The translations under genes and the position numbers were made by a program. Shown piece by piece: positions 1 to 6,592 of a stretch of DNA of 64,000 bases. Below the pieces are notes generated by a model, which worked only from the letters and a program-made list of their open reading frames with translations, did no database searches and was not told the DNA's origin. This DNA comes from a virus, in the IMG/VR virus record IMGVR_UViG_3300032770_000011, positions 1 through 64,000 of that record; one strand, 5' to 3'. Each line of letters begins with the position of its first letter. Within the stretch, counting starts at the first letter, position 1.

Positions 1-215
1 TGGACGGCTTTTCATCGTGGGTCGAGATGCGCGACTGGTTCGAGAAAATGCACGGGCTACCATTCAGCGGGACGATGATCCGCTGGCTGGTCCCGTTGGA
101 ATCTTAGGAGAATGTCATGCGCGGTTGGCGTCGTTTCTTGATCTGGCTTCCGGTCATTCTGCTTTCCGCAGCGGTGATCGTATCGAAATTCACAATTTTT
201 AATTAGGAGCCGGTC

Positions 216-437
216 ATGGCCGTATTTGGCGAGTTCTTCGACCGCATATTCAGCAACGATGCGAAGTGGGCTTCCCGTCCCTGGCATGAAGTCCCGCCAG
301 GATCACGCACACAAGAGCAGCGCGATGCTTGCGCTGCTTCTGGTTATCGGCCCTATATGCCGGTCAGCGGGGCCAATGGGGTGATCCATCCCGGACCATA
401 TTCCAAGAAAAGCGAAGGGAAGCGGGGACGCAAATGA
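216..437 (+). CDS. hypothetical early protein (73 aa)
   Basis: ORF with AGGAG RBS just upstream; its stop overlaps the next start (ATGA at 434-437). Confidence 0.6.
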   Translation: MAVFGEFFDRIFSNDAKWASRPWHEVPPGSRTQEQRDACAASGYRPYMPVSGANGVIHPGPYSKKSEGKRGRK

Positions 438-613
438 CATTCAATCTCGCCATACTACAGGCTTCCAAGATCTGCGACGATCAAGCAACGGCTTTAGAGA
501 AATCCGGCACGAGTACCGACGCACAAGCTGCAGCGGAACTACGCCAAGCAGCTATCGCGATTAGAAGGCTGAAGCGGTCCCCGGAAAACCCTGAGCTAAG
601 GCCTACTCTCTAG
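434..613 (+). CDS. hypothetical protein (MTFNLAILQ..., 59 aa)
   Basis: ATGA coupling with the upstream ORF; likely true start within track ORF 329..613. Confidence 0.55.
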   Translation: MTFNLAILQASKICDDQATALEKSGTSTDAQAAAELRQAAIAIRRLKRSPENPELRPTL

Positions 614-780
614 GAAGCCTTAAAACGGCGCTATCTGCGGCCTCCTAGGGGTTATAGCCCCTCCACCCCCTAAAACCGCTCTAGAGGCCTCTCTAGGGCC
701 TGGAAATAGGCCCTAAAACAGCCCTTTTACCGGCTGGACCCCCCCCTGAAATAGGCCCTATTTCAGTCCCCACCCGTAAT
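614..780. repeat. non-coding palindrome/direct-repeat region
   Basis: CTGAAATAGG-C-CCTATTTCAG (746-766); GAAATAGGCCCTA also at 703-715; CTAGAG-GCCT-CTCTAG (681-696); repeated TAAAAC. Confidence 0.6.
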
Positions 781-794
781 CCGGCAAATACTCC

Positions 795-825
795 TTGCGG
801 GTTTTGCCGAATTAGCGTATATATT
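795..825 (+). promoter_or_regulatory. sigma70-like promoter for the early operon
   Basis: TTGCGG (795-800), 17 nt, TATATA/TATATT (818-825); -35 flanked by inverted repeat CGGCAAA...TTTGCCG. Confidence 0.55.
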
Positions 826-1202
826 GTGTGCCTGAGCGGCAAGCGCGGGTTACACCCCGCCCCCGGTTAGGTGGTTAGACAAAGGCAAAGCCTCAACGAA
901 GAACACGGGCCGCAGTAGCGAGAACCCGATATAAAAAGGCAGCCGGTGGTTTTAGCGGCGCGGAGTAGGCCTAGGCCGAAAGAGGCACCGTTTTAACCCG
1001 TACCAGCTAGCGAAGGCCCGCAACTAACAAAAGCGGAAGCGCGGGCGCGCAGCAGTAGCTAGCCGCCCAAGAACCGACTGTTCCAAATCGAGAAGAGAAA
1101 ACCAACACAGAGATTTGACGGTGCGTACGACACGGGGCCAACCAGCCACGTGAGAGTAAGTTTATAGACGAACCCAACAAACGAACATCATAGGAGACGG
1201 AA

Positions 1203-1517
1203 ATGAAGAAGCAAAAGATGACAGACCAGCAGCGTGCGGTTGTCGCAGCCCTTTTGGGCGTTTCAAATGCAGGCCAAGATATGCTCTTCCGTGGGAGGCA
1301 TCCAAGTTTCACACCGGAAAAAATCAAGAAGATGCTAGGCGCATCTGTTGATTCCGTTACTTACAACTTTGTATCAGGCTTATGCGAAGACGAGGCGATG
1401 CTCGATATGTTCGTCTCCGAAGCAAAGTCTTGGTACAAAAATCTTCGCAATCATTCTTTGGCAGACCTCAAGAGAGTGCACAAGGACTACGTGCCATTCT
1501 TTGAGGCTTTGGAATAG
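1203..1517 (+). CDS. hypothetical early protein (104 aa)
   Basis: ORF with strong CATAGGAGA RBS. Confidence 0.75.
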   Translation: MKKQKMTDQQRAVVAALLGVSNAGQDMLFRGRHPSFTPEKIKKMLGASVDSVTYNFVSGLCEDEAMLDMFVSEAKSWYKNLRNHSLADLKRVHKDYVPFFEALE

Positions 1518-1620
1518 TGAAACGGGGCTAGTCCCCGTTCGTACGGGATGACCCCCGTATGATCAAGCAACTCGGCTCCGGTCTTCCGTGGGGCAAGGTT
1601 GTGGATTGCGGAGAGTAGCT

Positions 1621-1788
1621 ATGCTGAAGCAGACAGGCCGCACCGTTTACGACATGCGCGACCCTGATAAGGTCAGGGGTCGCGTTATCACCGAAGGTGA
1701 CGAAGTCTCGGAAGTAAAATGGGACGACGGCTCCGTCACCTTCACCACCAACGAGTATCTGCGTACCATTCGACCGACAAGATCATAG
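1621..1788 (+). CDS. small hypothetical protein, possibly SH3-like (RGRVITEGDEVSEVKWDDG)
   Basis: ATG at 1621 after GGAGAG. Confidence 0.6.
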   Translation: MLKQTGRTVYDMRDPDKVRGRVITEGDEVSEVKWDDGSVTFTTNEYLRTIRPTRS

Positions 1789-1798
1789 GAGACTGAAA

Positions 1799-1960
1799 AT
1801 GGACCACATCTTTGTAGTGCGTGTACAAGACTGGCTTGGGCACTACATCTCATTCTCTCACCATAAGTCCAAGCAGAAGGCGGAAGAGGCTGTAAAAACG
1901 GCCAATGAAAAGTACGCAACTACGTCTGCATACGTAGACGAAGTTCGGCTGGAAGAGTAG
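1799..1960 (+). CDS. hypothetical protein (53 aa, MDHIFVVRVQDWLG...), not in ORF track
   Basis: ATCATAGGAGA RBS at 1782-1792; open frame to TAG at 1958-1960. Confidence 0.7.
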   Translation: MDHIFVVRVQDWLGHYISFSHHKSKQKAEEAVKTANEKYATTSAYVDEVRLEE

Positions 1961-1971
1961 GGGAGGCTCCA

Positions 1972-2295
1972 ATGCCTGAACATTATCCTCTCCCGCAACA
2001 GCGCCCGAAGCTGAAACTGGTTCGAGAAGACGACCCGGAATTCGGCGGTACTCTACAGGAATTCGAGGACCGCATATTCCGTGATGCCCAGTTCTTCTTC
2101 GTGGTGCGCTTCGGTACCCACAATGGCTCGGAATGCCAGACGACGAGTAGCTTTCCGGTGGCGCTATATCTGGCGCACCAGAAGCCCCGCACGCTGCTCT
2201 ATGTCATTTCGCACAGCGGCAGGGCCTTCTGCATGAGTCACCATGACTACGCCCGTTATGCGCAGTTGTGGCTGGAGAAGGGGAGCGCTACATGA
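1972..2295 (+). CDS. hypothetical protein (107 aa)
   Basis: ORF with GGGAGG RBS. Confidence 0.7.
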   Translation: MPEHYPLPQQRPKLKLVREDDPEFGGTLQEFEDRIFRDAQFFFVVRFGTHNGSECQTTSSFPVALYLAHQKPRTLLYVISHSGRAFCMSHHDYARYAQLWLEKGSAT

Positions 2296-2405
2296 GCCTA
2301 GGACACAAACTCCTCTACGCCTTCACCTGGCTACTCGCCATTAGTGGTTCACTCGTACTGGTGGCAGTAGTCTTCGCAACAAATTCCGGCTTGCTTCGCT
2401 GGTAA
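2292..2405 (+). CDS. small membrane peptide (37 aa, MSLGHKLLYAFTWLLAISGSLVLVAVVF...)
   Basis: ATGA overlap with the previous stop; one hydrophobic segment. Confidence 0.5.
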   Translation: MSLGHKLLYAFTWLLAISGSLVLVAVVFATNSGLLRW

Positions 2406-2433
2406 TAATTCAAAACATCATAGGAGAATTCAA

Positions 2434-3318
2434 ATGGCAATCCGAATAGAAGTCAGAAATCAGGCAGAATTTGATGCTTGCATCAAAGCTGGGAATATTG
2501 CTGTCGTTATCAATTGTAGCGTCGTAGCCAGGGAGAACTCTAGCGTCGAAGCCTGGGGGAACTCTAGCGTCGTAGCCAGGGAGAACTCTAGCGTCGAAGC
2601 CTGGGGGAACTCTAGCGTCGTAGCCTGGGGGAACTCTAGCGTCGAAGCCTGGGGGAACTCTAGCGTCGTAGCCTGGGAGAACTCTAGCGTCGTAGCCTGG
2701 GGGAACTCTAGCGTCGTAGCCTGGGGGAACTCTAGCGTCGTAGCCTGGGAGAACTCTAGCGTCGTAGCCTGGGGGAACTCTAGCGTCGTAGCCAGGGAGA
2801 ACTCTAGCGTCGTAGCCTGGGGGCTTGCCTTTATCCGGTGGTTCTCGTGCCTTAAGATCAAGGCATCTTTACAAGTTATCATCGCTAAAATCGGCGATGC
2901 TCCCGGTACCCAAGAAGGTGGTCGGATACTTCAATGCAATCTTCCCACAACACCAGCGGAGTGGTGTGAATTCTACGGCATCGAAGTCGCCGACGGTATC
3001 GCTATTCTATACAAGGCCGTCGATGATGACTACTCAACGCACAACGCCCGGCCTAAAAGCATCTTCTACACACCTGGCAATACCCCGTCAGCACCGGACT
3101 GGGATGGCGGTTTGGCTGAATGTGGTGGTGGGCTGCACTTCTCGCCTTCTACGCAAATGGCGCTAAGTTTCAATTCTTCGGCCAAGAAGTTTGTTGGCTG
3201 TCCAGTACGGGTAGAAGACATCGTCGTTCATCCAAAAGGCCAATACCCTGAGAAGGTAAAGGCCAAAGGATGTACCGCACCCGTCTTCGAAGTCAATCGG
3301 AAAGGGGAACGGCTATGA
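2434..3318 (+). CDS. octapeptide-repeat protein with a conserved phage C-terminal domain (DUF7666-like)
   Basis: about 13 x SSV(V/E)A(W/R)(G/E)N, then LYKAV...PDWD...ECGGGLHF...KVKA motifs; strong RBS. Confidence 0.75.
   Translation: MAIRIEVRNQAEFDACIKAGNIAVVINCSVVARENSSVEAWGNSSVVARENSSVEAWGNSSVVAWGNSSVEAWGNSSVVAWENSSVVAWGNSSVVAWGNSSVVAWENSSVVAWGNSSVVARENSSVVAWGLAFIRWFSCLKIKASLQVIIAKIGDAPGTQEGGRILQCNLPTTPAEWCEFYGIEVADGIAILYKAVDDDYSTHNARPKSIFYTPGNTPSAPDWDGGLAECGGGLHFSPSTQMALSFNSSAKKFVGCPVRVEDIVVHPKGQYPEKVKAKGCTAPVFEVNRKGERL
2517..2823 (+). repeat. 24-bp coding tandem repeat (about 13 units)
   Basis: TAGCGTCG(T/A)AGCC(T/A)GGG(G/A)GAACTC. Confidence 0.95.
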
Positions 3319-3407
3319 TCAAATCCCTCGTCGAGGAATCCCTCGCATTAGTCGCTCTCGGCCTATTTGCCGCGATGCTACTCGTCTGGGCAGCGGTGCT
3401 CTCGTGA
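3315..3407 (+). CDS. small membrane peptide (30 aa, MIKSLVEESLALVALGLFAAMLLVWAAVLS)
   Basis: ATGA overlap; single TM helix. Confidence 0.55.
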   Translation: MIKSLVEESLALVALGLFAAMLLVWAAVLS

Positions 3408-3429
3408 TGCACTCTGTCCGTATATCTAT

Positions 3430-3521
3430 GCCTTGCCTTGCTCGGGTGCGGTGTGGTTGGGTACTCCTGGGCGGTGTTGGGCTCGGTCTGGTCAGGTATG
3501 GCATGGCTACTCAAATAGCCA
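3430..3521 (+). ncRNA. GGY-NN pentamer array A with terminal hairpin (candidate guide RNA)
   Basis: 16 consecutive 5-nt units: GCC TT GCC TT GCT CG GGT GC GGT GT GGT TG GGT AC TCC TG GGC GG TGT TG GGC TC GGT CT GGT CA GGT AT GGC AT GGC TA; hairpin TGGCTA-ctcaaa-TAGCCA; intergenic. Confidence 0.75.
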
Positions 3522-3536
3522 AAGGAGAAAAATAAC

Positions 3537-3728
3537 ATGACGTTACACAGTGTACGCTTCTACCGCTCAACAACGGAACCTGGGGTTTACCACGCCACGT
3601 GCTCTTGCGGCTGGGCAATGAGCGGGGACCTGCAAGAACTTCAGACCCGTGCTGCAACCCACGATCTGGACGAAATCCGAGAGCCGCCACTGCGGAAGGA
3701 AGGTTTCGTTTCCGGATTGCCGGACTGA
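3537..3728 (+). CDS. small putative Zn-binding protein (HATCSCGW...H)
   Basis: AAGGAGA RBS; CxC plus His residues. Confidence 0.65.
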   Translation: MTLHSVRFYRSTTEPGVYHATCSCGWAMSGDLQELQTRAATHDLDEIREPPLRKEGFVSGLPD

Positions 3729-3746
3729 AAACATAGGAGAATGAAA

Positions 3747-3977
3747 ATGAACAAGCAGCGGAGAAAGGACCTGCGCGTAGCGTGGGATCACCTTGAAAGG
3801 GCGAAGGAGATCATCGAGACTGCCCAAAGCGAGGAGCAGGACTCTTTCGATAATCTCCCCGAAAATATGCAAGGTGGTGACCAGGGACAAAAGCTGGAAG
3901 AGAACGTGGACGCTCTACAAACCGCCTTCGATTCGTGCGAGGAAGCTTTATCCTCACTTGAAGTTCTAGTAGAGTAA
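3747..3977 (+). CDS. conserved phage helical protein (MNKQRRK...EEQDSFDNLPENMQ)
   Basis: CATAGGAGA RBS; acidic helical sequence of a common phage family. Confidence 0.7.
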   Translation: MNKQRRKDLRVAWDHLERAKEIIETAQSEEQDSFDNLPENMQGGDQGQKLEENVDALQTAFDSCEEALSSLEVLVE

Positions 3978-3978
3978 A

Positions 3979-4071
3979 CAGCTTGGCTAAGTTGACGGCC
4001 TGGGCGAGCGGAAACGCTCTCTCCTATGCAGGAGCCTGGCGGGGACCCTGATAAAGTCAACATCCCCGCTA
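3979..4071 (+). ncRNA. candidate structured RNA (possible pseudoknot)
   Basis: GAGCG-GAAA-CGCTC, CTCCT-ATGC-AGGAG and TGGCGGGGA/TCCCCGCTA stems; GTTGAC (3991-3996) complements loop GTCAAC (4056-4061). Confidence 0.4.
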
Positions 4072-4079
4072 CCTAATTT

Positions 4080-4415
4080 ATGGAGTACCTTCAAATGGAA
4101 AAGTCTTGGTTCATCTATAAGCTCAGTAATCTTTCTCTGCACGGCTGGCGTTCCTTTGGCGTAAAGCACGAGCAAATCAAAGACAACCGTGATATTTCTG
4201 CTCTTGCCCGCGCAGTAAAGTTATTGGAGGACTGCTTTCCTGAAATTGATTGGTTTAATCAGTACCACGAGTTTTGGGTTTTGGAGTGTCCGTGCGAGCA
4301 GCCTTTTGTTTGCGTCCGCCCTAATACAAACCCTTATGAAGCCGGTTACATTGTGTCGCCAATTAAACTTTCCTACCTCCCTACAGACGAAGTTTGGGAG
4401 AGAAAGTCCAAGTGA
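4080..4415 (+). CDS. hypothetical protein (start possibly ATG 4095)
   Basis: ORF track; GGAG precedes ATG 4095. Confidence 0.6.
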   Translation: MEYLQMEKSWFIYKLSNLSLHGWRSFGVKHEQIKDNRDISALARAVKLLEDCFPEIDWFNQYHEFWVLECPCEQPFVCVRPNTNPYEAGYIVSPIKLSYLPTDEVWERKSK

Positions 4416-4849
4416 AGATCATTGCCTTCGATCTCGGTAAACATTTTGCCTGGGCACACAACGCCCCGTACACCTGCGGCTATGTCGAACTGCAGGGCGT
4501 CAGAGCACACCGCTTCTGTCAGCTAATGAATTACCTACTCAAGCTGAAAGAGTTGAGGACTGCAGAAGTTGCCATATTTGAGTGCCCCTTTGCACGGGGG
4601 AGGGACGCAACAAGGTCTTTGTGGGGCTATGCCGGAGTCATCGAGGCCTGCGCTACAAAGTTGGGGTTGCCTGTGCTCGATGCAGCAACCCCCACAATAA
4701 AAGCCTTCGCAGCCAACCATGGAAAAGCACCAAAAAATGACATGATGAAAGCTGCTAAAACTATGGGCTATAGAGGCTCGAACGAACACGAAGCCGATGC
4801 TTGGTGCTTATTAAAATTTGCCGAATCTACTCTTGAACGTGTTACTTAG
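4412..4849 (+). CDS. ruvC: RuvC-like Holliday junction resolvase
   Basis: IIAFDLG, IFECP, TIKAFAANHGKAPK and HEADA motifs; GTGA start/stop overlap. Confidence 0.8.
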   Translation: MKIIAFDLGKHFAWAHNAPYTCGYVELQGVRAHRFCQLMNYLLKLKELRTAEVAIFECPFARGRDATRSLWGYAGVIEACATKLGLPVLDAATPTIKAFAANHGKAPKNDMMKAAKTMGYRGSNEHEADAWCLLKFAESTLERVT

Positions 4850-4861
4850 AGTATGTAGACT
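4833..4861 (+). promoter_or_regulatory. sigma70-like promoter for array B and the RAMP gene
   Basis: TTGAAC (4833-4838), 17 nt, TAGACT (4856-4861); predicted start near 4868 coincides with the first GGT unit. Confidence 0.55.
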
Positions 4862-4867
4862 TATTGT

Positions 4868-4961
4868 GGTGTGGTTCGATCGGCGCGCCGGTCTGGTGCG
4901 GTAATCTGGGGTGTGCTTCGGCTAGCTACGGCATGGCAAGGTTTCTCATAGTTAGAGAAAC
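4868..4961 (+). ncRNA. GGY-NN pentamer array B with terminal hairpin (candidate guide RNA)
   Basis: 4890-4942: GGT CT GGT GC GGT AA TCT GG GGT GT GCT TC GGC TA GCT AC GGC AT GGC AA GGT; preceded by an out-of-register GGT GT GGT TC GAT; hairpin GTTTCTC-atagtta-GAGAAAC. Confidence 0.75.
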
Positions 4962-4976
4962 TTAAGGAGATAATAA

Positions 4977-5582
4977 ATGGAACGGAAAGCATTGCGAATT
5001 GTTGAACCAACTAACGGCGCAGAAGAAACAATAGGCTATTCAGAGCCATACACTGTAACTGTAACAATCGAGGGTTCTGCTGATTTACTGTTCCACCGTT
5101 GGAATGCGGAAGCTATTGAAGCAAAGTCAAAGACCAGCAAAAACAGTAAAGGTAGAACTACCGATGACGTAGAAACCTACGTCTACCGTGATGAGTACAA
5201 CAATATCTGTATTCCGGGGCCGTACCTTCGGGGTGCTATTATTGGTGCAGCAAAGTTCCGCCAAGACCCGCGCTCCCCCAGAAAATCTGCAATGGATTTG
5301 TACAAAGCCGGGGTGGTTGTCCCTACTCTACTTGCGTCGTTGGGCGTGAAGAAGTGGGACTACTTAGACAAGCGTCGCGTCACAATTCAACGTAACGGGA
5401 TCAATCGTACCCGCCCAGCCATGAAGGTCGGTTGGAAAGCTACCTTTGAAATCATGGTTATGTTGCCAGAATATATTGATCGTATTGCGCTTCGAGAAAC
5501 AATTGAGGCTGCGGGACGGCTTGTTGGTGTCGGAGACTTCCGACCTACTTATGGACGCTTTGGTATTATCAAATTCAAATGA
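4977..5582 (+). CDS. solo Cas7/RAMP-like protein (candidate Vipr-like RNA-guided effector)
   Basis: N-terminal strand VTVTIEGSADLLFH, IPGPYLRGAI (RAMP IPgss(L/I)KGa-like), RP..W..TFEI, C-terminal Gly-rich loop GVGDFRPTYGRF; no other cas genes in the window. Confidence 0.75.
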   Translation: MERKALRIVEPTNGAEETIGYSEPYTVTVTIEGSADLLFHRWNAEAIEAKSKTSKNSKGRTTDDVETYVYRDEYNNICIPGPYLRGAIIGAAKFRQDPRSPRKSAMDLYKAGVVVPTLLASLGVKKWDYLDKRRVTIQRNGINRTRPAMKVGWKATFEIMVMLPEYIDRIALRETIEAAGRLVGVGDFRPTYGRFGIIKFK

Positions 5583-6592
5583 CTGTCATCATCACCGCCG
5601 ACCTTCACGTCTCCGAAAACCCCCGCGATGAATATCGCTGGCGCTGGCTGGAAAAGTTGCCGCAGTTATTGCGCAAGGAGAAGGCAGAATTTCTGCTGAT
5701 ACTTGGTGACCTCACGGAGGCGAAATACGGACACTCTGCCTCCCTCGTCAACCGCCTTGTCAGTATCCTCCATAACGTGGCGGCGGTTTGCCCGATTGTG
5801 ATCCTCTGTGGCAACCATGACTCACTTTTAGGGGAGGAGGCCTTCTTCGGCTTTACAGGCCTGTTAGAGCGTGTTTCCTGGGTTAGCCGCCCCACACCCC
5901 TAGCTTCTCTCAAAAACGTGCCAGGATCGGTCTCTAGCCAATTACAGGCCATATTTATTCCCTATAGTGGGAAACCGGAGCGAGACTGGGCGGATATTGA
6001 CTTTTCGGAGTATGATATCGCCTTCGCGCATCAATGTTTTGCCGGAGCGACATCGGATTCCGGCTTCAAGCTGAAAGGTGTTTCTCTCAGTCTCTTCCCA
6101 GGAGACTTGCAGATCATCGCTGGAGACATTCACACGCCACAAGAATTCGGCAACCTCATCTACGTGGGGTCGCCCTTCAGGATCGACTTTGGTGACAGTT
6201 TCCAGCCGAGGTACTTGCGCCTGACCGGCAACAAGATTGAATCTGTTCCCTGTGAAGGGCCACAGAAGCAGGTGGTCGAAGCAGGCAATGTGAAAGAACT
6301 TACCGAGTTGCGGGGGCTGGCTGAAGGAGACATTCTGCAGGTACGTATTTGCATCAAGGCAGACGAGTACTCAAAATGGGGTGAGACTGTTGCCGCCGTG
6401 AAAGCGTGGGGTGCGAAGAAAGGCTTCGTAGTTGACGCCGTACGCCCTATCATCGGCAGCAAGACCAAGAGTATGGCTAAGGTGAGCAAGGCTCCTACCA
6501 AGAGCGACGCCGATTTGATCAAGGATTATGCGGCGGCACGGGGCGTAGGCGAGGATACCCTCAAAACGGGATTGAATATTCTTGCGTCTTGA
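5579..6592 (+). CDS. SbcD/Mre11-like nuclease subunit
   Basis: ADLH, LGDL, GNHD, AHQ and GDIH metallophosphoesterase motifs; YVGSP. Confidence 0.9.
   Translation: MTVIITADLHVSENPRDEYRWRWLEKLPQLLRKEKAEFLLILGDLTEAKYGHSASLVNRLVSILHNVAAVCPIVILCGNHDSLLGEEAFFGFTGLLERVSWVSRPTPLASLKNVPGSVSSQLQAIFIPYSGKPERDWADIDFSEYDIAFAHQCFAGATSDSGFKLKGVSLSLFPGDLQIIAGDIHTPQEFGNLIYVGSPFRIDFGDSFQPRYLRLTGNKIESVPCEGPQKQVVEAGNVKELTELRGLAEGDILQVRICIKADEYSKWGETVAAVKAWGAKKGFVVDAVRPIIGSKTKSMAKVSKAPTKSDADLIKDYAAARGVGEDTLKTGLNILAS

Noticed and set aside
2517-2823. CRISPR array or DGR variable region
   Set aside because: Contiguous in-frame repeats without spacers; no reverse transcriptase or template repeat in the window.
3319-3504. 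61-aa minus-strand ORF over array A
   Set aside because: Antisense to the operon; its Pro/Thr-rich translation is an artefact of the pentamer repeat.
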